DNA of 64,000 nucleotides from Candidatus Bathyarchaeota archaeon (GCA_963715865.1 OY970280.1:1662486-1726485); one strand, 5' to 3'. Counted from the stretch's first letter, positions 27,636-38,814 are shown. Numbers and translations: made by a program. Notes: a model not told the origin generated them from the letters alone.

Positions 27636-30600
27636 TCATAGTGCGTATTCTATCCATGAATCTATCCATGAATAAGACGTATTTTCGCTCCAATTATTAT
27701 GCAACGAATACGTCGATCCATTCGGAACTATGGCTGTTATGCAAGAAGACATGTAATTGTAGAGGGAATTACAAATTCTACCAGCCTTAACCCCATCTAC
27801 ATAAAGCGTTGTCCAAATCGCGTATGATGAACCAGCGGGAGCAGTAATTATGGTTATAACTATAACTTTATCATAACCAGTATTATTGGTATAGTCAGTA
27901 CCAAGGGCTCTTGATGCTGTTACATCAAGCACGTAAGTTGATAGATGGCTCGAATTGTATGAATTATTATATCCAATAGCAGTTAAGTTTCCTGCAAGCG
28001 TCAAGTTTCCCGAACTATCTAAACTCCACAACGTAGAGTTTAATAGAAGTTCTTGAGATGTAACCTTAAATGGATTGGTATCAACAGACGTTATATACGC
28101 CGAAGGAACCTCCGACCAATGGTGCCCATCAAGCAAATCAGCGTTCAAATTGGGGCACATGGTTGTCGATATGACGCTTAACGGTGCGGTTCCAATCGCT
28201 ATGTTGATGCCGACGGCGTTATCGGTTGAAAACGCTTTCGCCCATAAATTTTGCTCAACAATCAAACCGCCATCTGAAGGCGTTTGAACGCGCAAACTGT
28301 CCTTATTCGCTTGTGTCCCCGTTGTTGGACGGTAAAAAGCCACGTTCGTGTCTAAAAAGTTAAAGTCAGACTGAACCGTAATATAAGTGTGGTCTAAACC
28401 TAAAAGTTGATTGCAGAAAAGTTGGTCGCTGTCAACAAACTTGAGATAATGCCCTGAGCTGCCGAACCCAAATGTTTTGTCTGAACCGTCAGGAACCAAG
28501 TAGCGGATTCCGCTTGTGATGCCCACGGTGAAACTGGTTGTCGCGCCGTTGCCGTTGCCCCTGATCGTCAATGTGAGAGCGTCAAGGTCATTCAAGTACA
28601 GGTTCGCAGGTAACTCAGTGTCAGCGCGAAGCAGAAAAAGCGTATCGTAATCAGCGCTTAAAACATCAAAGTATTTTTCTGCCCACGCACCGCTTATGTA
28701 ACACCACAAGCTTTTGCGGTCAGTGCGATAGAAATAGTCGTACGGGTTCATTCCCGACGTCGGGTTACTAGTTCCACTCGGGTAACTGCCAAGCGGATCA
28801 CTCATGCCAATGATCGTGCCCGTTAAATCAAACAGGGGCGGGCAATACCTGCCCTGGAAACCCTCACCCATCAAGATTGCGCCGCCGCCCGTGTGCTTGT
28901 ACGGGTCACTGCTTGTACCCAGAAAACCGAAAGTCTGAGTGTCTTTCTCTATGAATAAAGCTTGGTTAATGCAAAACATCGGATCAGAAAGCACAGTTGA
29001 ATGGTCTAACGGGCTGATTACGGACGCAAAAATGTCAATATAGTTCCCTGAAGGATTAGCAACGTTAGTCGGAACACCATCAACAAGTACGTCGCCGTTA
29101 TCCTTCAAAACCAACAAGTTATCCAAAGTAAGCTGATTAATGATTTCAAGGTTAGCAAGCTGACCTGGAAAACCGCCTGCGCCGCCCCCACTGCTCCCTC
29201 CGCCGCTGCCCTGCGATTGCTTCGCCAAAACACGCATCAAATAATCCATCATCACCGGCTCATCACTCAACAACAACTCGCTTGTCCAGTACACGTCAAT
29301 AATCGAGTGCGTAACTTCCAAAATGCGGAAATAAGCGTCAACGCCCTCATTCGCCAAAACCACGTGCTGCATGTAACCAGGAACAAAATCATAATTGCCA
29401 ACACAGCTTACCTTCAACGTGACAACTTTGTCCTGAGTGTACGCAAGCTTCCCAGCAGCCGCGAGAGCGCAAGCCTCATCACTTGCCAACGTAGTGTCAG
29501 TGACAGGATCAGCCCAGCGAACACCATACTTAGCGAGACGCGCAGCATCAGTGTCCATGGCGGTGCCGACACAGGGCATACCACTAAAATACAAATCATC
29601 AAGCAAGAAGTAAAATGTATCGTTGGAACTACCAGGCGTACCTTGAACGTAGAAGCATACGTCTGAAATATTATTCCAGTCTGGGCTTCCAACTTCAACC
29701 CATTTGCCGCTGGGGTTAGTTATAGCGTCATAAACTTGGTCTGGACCGACGGGAATAGTTGTTTCTTCTTTCCAAGTGTCATTAGGATTTGTTAATTCTA
29801 CATAGAAATAGTTTGAAGCATCAGGCGCATACAAGCGGATTTGCTCATGCTGCATCGATGCTAACCCACCTATGTGATATTTCCAATAGAAATGCACATT
29901 TGTAGCGGCTGATTTACCGACAAAAACTAAGGTTGAAGGTAAGGCGCGGTGAAATTGAATTGTTCGAATACCTGATATGCCAGCCGAATCTGCTTCAAGC
30001 GAGTCACTACCGATTTTTTTATCACTTGAATTCGCAATTACTTGAACACCTAAATCTAGTACCCAACCAGTGCCATATGTCCAATCATCACCTGTCGCAG
30101 GCACCATCTTCAACGGAACAGTCTTGTTAACGCCGCCTTCAACAACAACCTGCGTTGACGCGCCGTACACGATGTACGCGTTCCGCACACGCAGCGCGTC
30201 GTCCTCTTTAATATAAACTTGGAAAACGCCTGCCAAGTCAACCGTGCTGTTACGGCTGCCACGCGCAAACACCTGCAACACGCCAGGAGGAGAAACGTAA
30301 CCGTCAAAACCAACTGCGCCCCCGCTTGTTTCCGCAGCAGGCAAAATAGCTTTAAGAACTTTATCAGGCGAAGCATCATCAAAAGTCTCACTGAAAAGCG
30401 ACGCAATAGCATTTTCCACATCCACGCCTGCAGCGCTCAAATAATTACAGAGTGCAACGGCTTCCTGAATGATTGTTTTGCCGTTTTCAGCCACATAGTT
30501 TTTGGTAAGCGTAGCAGGCGGGGCTTGCGCTTCCTCGCCGTAATCCATACATTCCACAGGAATATAGAATTCCTGCGTATCCGCGTTGCCCGACGATGTG

Positions 30601-31268
30601 GGCTTAGTGATTTTGCCGCCGAACACTTTCTTAGGCGATAATCCAGTTCGGGCAACCCATAAGAGTACATGGTCAAACTCGCAGACTTTCCCCGTGTACT
30701 GCCCAGCAATGTTAGGCAGTTTAAACGTGCAACCGCCAACGCCACGACTCCAAATACTCTGAATCAACTGCAACTCTTCAACCGCATCAAAAGTGGTTAC
30801 GCCGTCGCATGGAATAAGAAACGTGCCTGTGATTGCACAGTAATCGAAAACTACGTTTTGCCCTGCAGAGCCAGAAGCAACTAGGTCAATGTCTGTGATG
30901 GTGCTTGAAGGCGGACTGGAAAGGTGCGTGTACCAGTAGTAAAGGTCAACTTGCTGCAGGCCTGTTGCTGTGCCCGAGGTTACAAGCCGCCAACTTGAGT
31001 CGCCTTGAAGCATCAAGTAAACTTGCCAAGTTGCAGTACGACTGTTAACCCTGAAAACAAGAGCCAAAGGGTTAACAACTGGAATGCTAAGGGCCTTGCT
31101 GAAGTGCTGCAGTGTTTGCCCAGACTTAATAGTTAAAGTTGCAGCGTCACCATCCAACGTAACCTGGCCCGTAGGCGTTTGAACCCAACCTACTTCTAAG
31201 AAGTGGTCTGAGAACAGCTTTGGCGCATGAAAGACTTCAACGTACGTCAAAGCATTACCTAAACTCAT
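27636..31268 (-). CDS. Large tail hub/fibre (adhesin) protein, 1210 aa
   Basis: Follows the TMP; hub-like core, Gly-rich hinge (GSGGGSSGGGAGG) and fibre-like C-terminus (LNADLLDG, SRALGTDYTNNTG). Confidence 0.75.
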   Translation of the reverse strand: MSLGNALTYVEVFHAPKLFSDHFLEVGWVQTPTGQVTLDGDAATLTIKSGQTLQHFSKALSIPVVNPLALVFRVNSRTATWQVYLMLQGDSSWRLVTSGTATGLQQVDLYYWYTHLSSPPSSTITDIDLVASGSAGQNVVFDYCAITGTFLIPCDGVTTFDAVEELQLIQSIWSRGVGGCTFKLPNIAGQYTGKVCEFDHVLLWVARTGLSPKKVFGGKITKPTSSGNADTQEFYIPVECMDYGEEAQAPPATLTKNYVAENGKTIIQEAVALCNYLSAAGVDVENAIASLFSETFDDASPDKVLKAILPAAETSGGAVGFDGYVSPPGVLQVFARGSRNSTVDLAGVFQVYIKEDDALRVRNAYIVYGASTQVVVEGGVNKTVPLKMVPATGDDWTYGTGWVLDLGVQVIANSSDKKIGSDSLEADSAGISGIRTIQFHRALPSTLVFVGKSAATNVHFYWKYHIGGLASMQHEQIRLYAPDASNYFYVELTNPNDTWKEETTIPVGPDQVYDAITNPSGKWVEVGSPDWNNISDVCFYVQGTPGSSNDTFYFLLDDLYFSGMPCVGTAMDTDAARLAKYGVRWADPVTDTTLASDEACALAAAGKLAYTQDKVVTLKVSCVGNYDFVPGYMQHVVLANEGVDAYFRILEVTHSIIDVYWTSELLLSDEPVMMDYLMRVLAKQSQGSGGGSSGGGAGGFPGQLANLEIINQLTLDNLLVLKDNGDVLVDGVPTNVANPSGNYIDIFASVISPLDHSTVLSDPMFCINQALFIEKDTQTFGFLGTSSDPYKHTGGGAILMGEGFQGRYCPPLFDLTGTIIGMSDPLGSYPSGTSNPTSGMNPYDYFYRTDRKSLWCYISGAWAEKYFDVLSADYDTLFLLRADTELPANLYLNDLDALTLTIRGNGNGATTSFTVGITSGIRYLVPDGSDKTFGFGSSGHYLKFVDSDQLFCNQLLGLDHTYITVQSDFNFLDTNVAFYRPTTGTQANKDSLRVQTPSDGGLIVEQNLWAKAFSTDNAVGINIAIGTAPLSVISTTMCPNLNADLLDGHHWSEVPSAYITSVDTNPFKVTSQELLLNSTLWSLDSSGNLTLAGNLTAIGYNNSYNSSHLSTYVLDVTASRALGTDYTNNTGYDKVIVITIITAPAGSSYAIWTTLYVDGVKAGRICNSLYNYMSSCITAIVPNGSTYSLHNNWSENTSYSWIDSWIEYAL

Positions 31269-31360
31269 CGAATATTCACCTCAAACATAGACGTTCAGCA
31301 TCCACTCCTCGAAATAAACTTGATAAGCAACCGTTACCCATAACAAAATAGGCAGAAAAC

Positions 31361-31672
31361 ATGGATTCCACAACAAAGAAAGGCATAGCCGAATTCGCCA
31401 TAATCGCGATAATCGTGGCAACCTCAGCCAGCTTAGTCTGGTACTGGGGCCTACGAACTTACAGCGTCACAGGAACCATAACTGAGTTAAATTCAACACC
31501 TGACGGAGAGTACATTGTTCATTTAAATAACAACGTAACTTTAACGGTTGAAAGCAACCTGTGGGTTCGCTCAAACCTAAGCGATAAGCAACTTTTTGAG
31601 TCATTAAAGGTTGGTGCTTCATATAATTTTTCTTGTTGGGGTGAAACACCGCACATATATCAAGCAAAATAA
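31361..31672 (+). CDS. Membrane-anchored protein, counter-oriented moron
   Basis: N-terminal TM helix; opposite strand within the tail module. Confidence 0.55.
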   Translation: MDSTTKKGIAEFAIIAIIVATSASLVWYWGLRTYSVTGTITELNSTPDGEYIVHLNNNVTLTVESNLWVRSNLSDKQLFESLKVGASYNFSCWGETPHIYQAK

Positions 31673-31680
31673 ATCAGTAA

Positions 31681-32649
31681 CTAAGGCTGGCTAAGCGGGA
31701 ACCCGTTTCTCCGCAAATTACTCAACACGCGATTCGTAAGCTTATCAGCATCATAATTACTAGCGAACGTGCTACCTCTCGCGTCAACACTTATGCTCAT
31801 CGCGTTATTGCGAGTTTCAGACGCAGTTTGAACAGATTCGCCCTGGTGCAGCTGGTACATGCCCGTTTCAGCAACGTAGTTAGTTTCAGACGCAGTTTGA
31901 ACAGATTCGCCCTGGTGCAGCTGGTACATGCCCGTTTCAGCAACGTAGTTAGTGCCAAACTGATGACTACCCAAGCTTTCATACGCAACAATGCCGGCGA
32001 CAGCAGCAGCGCCAGCAAGCATAAACGGAACAGCAGCACCCATCGAAGACACTGCATTCGCAATAAAAGATGCGGCTGCCCGAGCGTACTCAGCGATTGA
32101 TGCTGCAATACTACTAGCCGTTATCGCGGCTATAGCAGCTGCGAAGGCTCCACTCACGGCGGCGCCGACAGTTGAAATAGCCGAGGTAAAAGCGGTTGCA
32201 GCGCCCCGAGCATTCTCCGCAATCGCCGCAGCAATACTACTACTTGTGATAGCAGCTATGGCGCCTGCGAATGCACCGCTAACAGCAGCCCCAACACTTG
32301 AGACCGCTGTTGTAAATGTGGTTGCAGCAGCACGCGCGTTCTCAGCAATAGTAGCCGCAGTTTCAGCCGACGTCAAAACCGAAAGAGCCGCCGAAAAATC
32401 GCGGATAATGCTAATTACGCTCATGGCTGCGCCGACAGCTTCAAACGCAGCAGCCATCTGCTTCAACGTAGTGTTATTCAAGCCAAGCAAAGTGTTCAAG
32501 CGCATGATGCTTGTGCCAGCACGGCTAAAATCCATAGCTAAGCCGCGAACGCTCAAGCTAACGCCTGAAATGTTACCCGTAACCTCGTCAGTTGTAGCTT
32601 TCACCAAGTTACGGCCAGTAAACGTGAAAACTACTTCATGCTCACTCAA
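31681..32649 (-). CDS. Tape measure protein (short, 322 aa)
   Basis: Ala-rich helical repeats; C-terminal HQFGTNYVAETG..LHQGESV motif; follows the TAC and gp10-like genes. Confidence 0.75.
   Translation of the reverse strand: MSEHEVVFTFTGRNLVKATTDEVTGNISGVSLSVRGLAMDFSRAGTSIMRLNTLLGLNNTTLKQMAAAFEAVGAAMSVISIIRDFSAALSVLTSAETAATIAENARAAATTFTTAVSSVGAAVSGAFAGAIAAITSSSIAAAIAENARGAATAFTSAISTVGAAVSGAFAAAIAAITASSIAASIAEYARAAASFIANAVSSMGAAVPFMLAGAAAVAGIVAYESLGSHQFGTNYVAETGMYQLHQGESVQTASETNYVAETGMYQLHQGESVQTASETRNNAMSISVDARGSTFASNYDADKLTNRVLSNLRRNGFPLSQP
31813..31950. repeat. Exact 69-bp tandem duplication in the TMP
   Basis: NYVAETGMYQLHQGESVQTASET encoded twice with identical DNA. Confidence 0.9.
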
Positions 32650-32990
32650 CCAAGAAACTCCCCAATTTTATCAGCCAAAGCACTAAACGCGTACTCAGCA
32701 TACTCCCAAGCAAGAGTCAGAAACATTTTCGCTCGGACCCACCGTGTACCAAACTCCTGATAAACCGCGTAGCTGGCGCCAGCAATCAAATGCCACTCAT
32801 CACCGACACGCTCCCAAAAAATCGTTGAACGCAAAAAACCAGTCCGCACAGGCGCAACCGACTTAGCAACCTCAACAGCCCCATCCATCACTTCACCCAT
32901 CTCCACCGTGATTAAATCGTCAAGTTCACCAGCGAAACCGCTAATAAACTGCTCCACCGCCGAATCGTCGACGTCAATTTCAACGCTCAC
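32646..32990 (-). CDS. HK97 gp10-like tail completion protein
   Basis: APVRTGFLRSTI...YAVYQEFGT...MFL. Confidence 0.85.
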   Translation of the reverse strand: MSVEIDVDDSAVEQFISGFAGELDDLITVEMGEVMDGAVEVAKSVAPVRTGFLRSTIFWERVGDEWHLIAGASYAVYQEFGTRWVRAKMFLTLAWEYAEYAFSALADKIGEFLG

Positions 32991-33507
32991 TTTTTCGTTT
33001 GCTCCTTCAACCTCGTGTTTTGCCCATCCAAGTAGGCGCTCACTACGAGAATTTCCCGGGCATCTTCACGCTTAAGCATGCTAGGCAAACAATGCAGTTC
33101 ACTGCAGAGCATCGCCATGTGCGCCTCGCTACCTACAACTACTGTTCCGCTGTAGGCGGCGTCAAAGATTTTTTTCTGTCATCCTCCGACAAGAAACTAT
33201 GCTTATTAATGCAGTTAGTCAGTAAATCAACGATTCCGAATGGAACGCCATTCTCGGTTTTGTCAAGCAGTTTTTCGCGAGTGATCACTGGTTTACCGTC
33301 TGCATCCATGGGTTGCGATTTAAGTGCAGCCATGATTTTGTCAGCGTTAATCTGGTCAACATTGATTTTCACGATTTGCCCCTGCGGAGTCATAACCGTC
33401 TGCTTAGCTTGAATCTCCACCATCCGCCCAAAACTTACCCTAACAATAACGTATGTACCAGCGTATTCCTCGTAGGCTTCGTCCAAGACGATTTTTGCTT
33501 CCTTCAT
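32987..33507 (-). CDS. Tail assembly chaperone G (33139-33507) with -1 frameshift extension GT to 32987
   Basis: Slippery A-AAA-AAA at 33169-33175; -1 frame reads IFDAAYSG...LCSELHCLPSMLKRED...KK* and ends overlapping the next start. Confidence 0.8.
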
Positions 33508-33519
33508 TCTTTCACCGTC

Positions 33520-34389
33520 CTATGGGCTAATCGTTAATGCCCTCGCTGTCCAAGGCATACTGTTAGTGACTACTTCAGCAGGAGCCTTCTTATCCAGCTT
33601 GTTCGTGTCATACCGCATCCCCGTGAAAGCATAACTATCCGTGCCAATAGTGACAGTTACGGCGTTGTCGCTATCCGCGAAGCATGCATCCAAGAAACTT
33701 TCCATTGACGCAAGGTACGCAAGTTTAATGTTGCCCGTAAACGCTCTCGCTCTTGGAACAATATATTTACTGAAAGCTCCTGCAATGCCTGCTGTTGCGG
33801 GAATAACGGGGTATCGCTGCAACGTATTTTTAATAGTGAAATCCCAATCACTTACTACGTCAAGTGCGCTGCTTATCGTTACGACCGTATCATACCACGC
33901 CTTCGGCGAACCTGCATCGCTCGCGTATGTTGCGCCACTCACCATTGTACGTGTGGCATCTATGCTGATAGCCTCGCATGAAATTTTTACTTCTACGTTT
34001 CCGTCAACTTTTGCACTGACCTGTGCAGAATCAACAATGCAACCACGATAACGCATATAGTAAACTGTGCTGTCGTCTGGGCTAATCATCTGATCTTCCA
34101 GCGTGAAACTTGTGCGTGCTAACGCTAACTTCAGAAAAGCGCTTGTTTCATAGGTATAAGTAAACTCTATTTTAGGCTTTTTATGCCCCAAACGAATGTA
34201 CGCGAGGTCAGGCGTGCCAACAGCGGGAATCTTTATTGTTGCCGGGTCATGGCTGGGACTAGTCTCCGTGACTACTCCAAGCCATAAAAACGAGGGAGTC
34301 GTCGGCGTAGTACCTGGAACTGTTTCCGCAATATAGTACAGCTTATGATTTGCTGCAGTGAAAATACTCATTTTTTTTGTTTCCTCCAT
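33520..34389 (-). CDS. Major tail (tube) protein
   Basis: YYIAETVPGTTP...FTLE...GCIVDS...FTGNIKL; upstream of the TAC. Confidence 0.8.
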   Translation of the reverse strand: MEETKKMSIFTAANHKLYYIAETVPGTTPTTPSFLWLGVVTETSPSHDPATIKIPAVGTPDLAYIRLGHKKPKIEFTYTYETSAFLKLALARTSFTLEDQMISPDDSTVYYMRYRGCIVDSAQVSAKVDGNVEVKISCEAISIDATRTMVSGATYASDAGSPKAWYDTVVTISSALDVVSDWDFTIKNTLQRYPVIPATAGIAGAFSKYIVPRARAFTGNIKLAYLASMESFLDACFADSDNAVTVTIGTDSYAFTGMRYDTNKLDKKAPAEVVTNSMPWTARALTISP

Positions 34390-34416
34390 TTTTTATTTTT
34401 TGTACATTAAGTACCG

Positions 34417-34851
34417 TCAAGTTTTCTTATGGAAATACCGGGCGTTAACCGTCAAGGTGTGACGCAGTAAATTCTCAGCATCCCCAGCCTTCTCAGCAAC
34501 AACACTAATAAAATTAACGCCTGACAACCCAGTCTGGTAAGCATGAATAATATTTCGGATAAGCTCAACAATTTTCTCGCGATCACTAGCACAAGTTGAT
34601 GAACTCTTCACAGTTACTTCTACAGTGATAGGTTCATCAACCTGCCACCAACCCGGCGAAATAGGCTTGACCCGAGCAGGAGCCGCCTTGTACGTAGTAA
34701 TCAAGTAAACCTGAGTTACCTGATGCAGCTGCTTAGGCAAATCATACTGCAGTTTACCCCAAAAAATACTTGCTTTCGGAACCGCCTGAGCATCAGCCCA
34801 TTGGGCCTGCAGAAGCGCATTCAATTTGTCACTATTACTTAAAACAGACAT
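34417..34851 (-). CDS. Tail terminator/head-tail joining protein
   Basis: Size and position upstream of the tail tube gene. Confidence 0.55.
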   Translation of the reverse strand: MSVLSNSDKLNALLQAQWADAQAVPKASIFWGKLQYDLPKQLHQVTQVYLITTYKAAPARVKPISPGWWQVDEPITVEVTVKSSSTCASDREKIVELIRNIIHAYQTGLSGVNFISVVAEKAGDAENLLRHTLTVNARYFHKKT

Positions 34852-34976
34852 TACAGTTAGTCACCTTAAATAATCTGGATTTTTCGGACACGCAAGCTTC
34901 ACATAGCACTGGCTACATGTTTTTATGTGAAGCTCGGTTTTACCGTAGTAACATGCTTCGTCTGTTTGACTCATTT

Positions 34977-35210
34977 TTACGCGCCTGTCTCGCATTCCTC
35001 TCCTTTTGCTTCCACGTCTTCCCCAGACCTAATAAGACGACTGAATTCAACGCTTGACAAAACTTGGTTAGACCCGTCTACGCGGGCGATTATGCGACTG
35101 CCACGTACGCGCCATTTGCCGATTATGGCGTTTGTGACGATTGTGGTGTTGCCTGCGTCACCAAGTTTCTTAACGACTCGGCTCATGGGTTGATCAAGCC
35201 TCCACGCCAA
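34977..35210 (-). CDS. Viral hypothetical protein
   Basis: Late operon ORF. Confidence 0.45.
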   Translation of the reverse strand: MAWRLDQPMSRVVKKLGDAGNTTIVTNAIIGKWRVRGSRIIARVDGSNQVLSSVEFSRLIRSGEDVEAKGEECETGA

Positions 35211-35986
35211 TGAGGTATTTCTGTTCCTAACTGAGCTTCAGCGCTCATAGCAACCGTGCTAAAATTCATAAGCATACGGGTTAAATCGTCCTGGTAAGCT
35301 TGAACCGCACTTTTATACGCGAATGTACTCACAGCCGCCTTCGCAATGGATAAGTCGCCTAAACGGTAGTCTGTGGCACCAACAAGCATGCCGCCGCTCG
35401 CAGCCACCAAAACGCCAAGGCAAGCCATATCCAAAGCCGCCAACATCGCAAACGGATAACGCGGATCACCTGATAAAACGCCTGGTATAAGGCTGTTTAT
35501 GTACCTGTTCGCATGATCAACCTGCGCTTGTATTCCTTGTTGGGATACTGGTAAACCGTAAACCGTGTAGGTGCCTGACGAGTCGGGTCCTTGAACGTTC
35601 AGGTGCGCCATAACTTCGCTGAGCGTGGTGAATGTGGGCAATGTAGGCGATGTGATTGGTTGCAACGGAAAAATTATGTAGAATACGCCTATTGTTGGAA
35701 AAGTCTGCGTGGCGCCGCTGGGCAAAGTAACGATGAATAAGCCTGTGCAGACGCCGTAAAAGTTGGTGTCACCTGTGCTCCAGTCATATTGCACTGTTCC
35801 CGCTGTCGGGCTAATAACAGTTGCTGGTTTACTGAACAGGATTTGTCCGTTTTGGCTTATTTGAAAAACAACTGTGCAACCACCAGCTAAATTGAATACG
35901 GTGCCGTCATTGTTCTGCATGGTTGCAACTATGCTGGGCGACAAGTCGCCTGTGTTCATTTCAACGTTTGGAATAGACATTTTCAT
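35183..35986 (-). CDS. BppU-like N-terminal domain fused to a head-tail adaptor-like domain
   Basis: VFNLAGGCTVVF...GTVQYDWSTGDT...TQTFPT, then FTTLSEVMAHL...GDLSI. Confidence 0.6.
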   Translation of the reverse strand: MKMSIPNVEMNTGDLSPSIVATMQNNDGTVFNLAGGCTVVFQISQNGQILFSKPATVISPTAGTVQYDWSTGDTNFYGVCTGLFIVTLPSGATQTFPTIGVFYIIFPLQPITSPTLPTFTTLSEVMAHLNVQGPDSSGTYTVYGLPVSQQGIQAQVDHANRYINSLIPGVLSGDPRYPFAMLAALDMACLGVLVAASGGMLVGATDYRLGDLSIAKAAVSTFAYKSAVQAYQDDLTRMLMNFSTVAMSAEAQLGTEIPHWRGGLINP

Positions 35987-35998
35987 TTCTTCCTTTTT

Positions 35999-36409
35999 TT
36001 ACGGTGCTGTCCCCGTAATTGTTATCACAAAGTTAAATGCTGCGCCTAATGTACTGGATGGAGAAACTGTTAAAGTGAACATTGCATAACAGGAGCCAGA
36101 AGCTGATAAAGAATAGTTTGTGCAGTTCCAAGATAAAGTTAGGTAAGACGGAAGATTTGTGGTTGACATCGTTAGCGTCTCAGCGGCATTACCAGTATTA
36201 GTTAAGGAAACTAAAGACGTGACAGATGTACCCGGGTCGATTGTTCCCCAATTGATAGAAGTAGGATTGGCAGTTAGATTGATAGTAATGATTTGTCCTG
36301 TGCTTGTAATTTGCTGCGTAACTGTTAAAATGCTGGATGCGATGGCTAACGCTAAAACAAATATCAACATGATGGCTGCAACAATAACTTTTTTGCTTAA
36401 CATTTCCAT
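35999..36409 (-). CDS. Secreted surface protein homologous to host 3544-4002
   Basis: Signal/TM helix; LTVTQQITSTGQI, INWGTIDPG, TNTGNAAETL. Confidence 0.65.
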   Translation of the reverse strand: MEMLSKKVIVAAIMLIFVLALAIASSILTVTQQITSTGQIITINLTANPTSINWGTIDPGTSVTSLVSLTNTGNAAETLTMSTTNLPSYLTLSWNCTNYSLSASGSCYAMFTLTVSPSSTLGAAFNFVITITGTAP

Positions 36410-36599
36410 TTTTCGCCTGTTAATCTGAATCGCTTTGAAGCGTAACCGTGCCTTTTTCAGTCTCTAAAATTACAGTACCCAAATTCGTCTGCAATATTGC
36501 TTGACCAGTGCTGTCCGTTAAATTTACTGCATGCGTCGGCAACGGCAGTGGCATTTTCTGGAAAAAAAACTTTAACAAGATGACGTCAAGCATTTTTAA

Positions 36600-38814
36600 T
36601 CACCATTCAGTTCCATCGATGATAGCCCTGTATTTTTCCACGTAGTTCATAGCCATGATTCTGCGGCTGAACTTCTCAGCGTTATGCCTGCACATCTTCG
36701 CTGAAATATGCAAATGATCCACAGCGTATGCCACAGCGTCCGCCATTGCTTCAGCGTCAGCGCAAACGACTCCGCCTTCCTTAACGGTTTCAGGCATGGC
36801 ACCATCCGCCAAAACAATCGCGGGCGTGCCACATGCCATCGCTTCGATAGGCACAAGCCCGAAGGGTTCACCCATCCGTGAAGGAACAAGCACGGCTTTC
36901 GCATTCTGCATTAACTCAACTTTAGTCGCGTTGTCCGCATCAACATATATTTTAACGCGGTCACCATCACAGCGATTCTTAATCTGCTGCAAATAATTTG
37001 GGTCTTGCACAAATGAGCCGCCCACCAAATCAATCGGCAAATTAAGCTTTTCAGCTACGGCTAAAGCAACATGCGGCTGTTTAAACACGTCAAAACGCCC
37101 AACAAACAAGAGCCTATTAGATTTCTGGCTTTTAAGCGGGTATTTGTTGAGGTCCACGCCATTATATACTCGCTGTGAAACCATCCCTTGTTGCTGGTAA
37201 ACTTTTTGCATCCAGTCAGATATCGCTATGAAATTCAGATGGAACGGCGGCTTCTGCTTTAGCCACCACTCAGGATTTAATCCGCCGTGGTGAGTATGGC
37301 AAACTTTCAATTCAGGATGCTTAGCTTTAGAAAGATACTCGAAGCCAAGCCAGTTATGACCGTGAATTATGTCAAACTGCGTGAGCTGCGCCTCTATTTT
37401 GCGGTGTGCATCACGTTCAGTAGCAACCCAATCATGCTCTACTCTGTCGAATGGTGCACCGATAGAAACAATGCTGCATCCAGGAACAGCGGAACCGTCA
37501 GGCGCGAACACGGTGACTTCGTGACCCATCAACGCGAGTTCTTCAGCGAGATCATAAACGATTTGTTCTAAGCCGCCGTAGTTTTGAGGCGGTACAGTGA
37601 ATATAGGTGTACTCAGTAACCCAATTTTCAGTTTTGCATCCTTAGATTTAGCCGTGTGGACATGTATGGGTGCTTCTGTTTTGGACAGAATCAAAATGCC
37701 TGACGCTTCAGTTTTGCTTAATGTTCCTTTGGGTACAAGTTCAGCGCAGAAAAAGCTCCAGCCGTCATAACTGAGGACTTCAACTTTCGACTCGTAATCA
37801 GATGGCATTGACTTATCAAGGAGTTGCTGGAAAGATTCAGGCGTATCCCAACGCACATGGTAGAGGTGCATGCCGCCGTCGCTTACATCAAATTCCTTGC
37901 AAGTTGGATTAGATTCTTTGCCTTCTGTGACGAGGTCTTTGCCTGTGCGCTTCATGTTTTCCTCCACAGTCTCGTAAGGACGCAGCACTGCAGCCCAATC
38001 TTTCGGGTTCGGCGTAGTAATCAAAACCCGTCGTGCAACGCGCAAAGCGCCTTTTATGAGGACGTCGGGGGTTTTGGAGTGCTCAACGATTTCGCCTAAA
38101 ACGGCGGTGTCAAACTGTTTATCTCGGAAGCCGCTTTCCTCTTCAGATATGAGTTTGTGCGCGTCTAACTTGTGGAATCTTGGCAGGTCATAAACATCCA
38201 TGTCCACGCTTGTCACCTGGTCTTCAAAGCCGCTGTGCAGAAATACTTGGCCTGTGTTGCAGCCGATGTTTATGATTGATTCGCCTTTGCGGATTTGCCT
38301 GAGGATCCATACGCTTCTGTCTTCCATTCGGTTAGCGGTTAATATCATGTCGGTGCTGCATTGGGGATGGCAGCGGACAACGATGCACATGAAGCCTAAT
38401 TTTTGGAATAGTTCAGCGAGGTATTTTGGGCTGAAACCGCATTTGTGTGCGCCGCTACTGTTTTCTTGTCCGCCGAACAGCATGCAACTGGAATCTTGTG
38501 TCCATTCGCCTTTCAACGTGATTTGCCGGCACTGTTCCTGCGTGTTTGCGGTGACGATTTCGACTTTGCCGTTTAATGAGAGGATGCGGTGTAACTCAGA
38601 AATGAACTGTTCAAGATTGCGCCAGCTTATGTGCTCGATTGCGTAAGCGCTATAAACGTAGTCGTAGGCGCCTGATTCTGAAGGGCAGGGGCTTCTCAAA
38701 ATCCGCGACTAAATCAACTGTGGGTAAGGCTCGGTTATCAACGTTCAACCCGTTACCAAGAAGCTTGGAAAACCTCGGATTCTCGCCGCCGCCAAGCTCT
38801 ATATTTTTCATCAT
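36600..38814 (-). CDS. Double class I SAM methyltransferase + GT4 glycosyltransferase fusion; apparent +1 frameshift near 38680
   Basis: Upstream frame gives MKNIELGGGENP (SAM motif), then INIGCNTG, then GT4 PPQNYGGLE...EPFGLVPIEAMACGTP. Confidence 0.8.

Noticed and set aside
31991-32686. 231-aa Ala-rich plus-strand ORF
   Set aside because: Antisense shadow of the tape measure gene.
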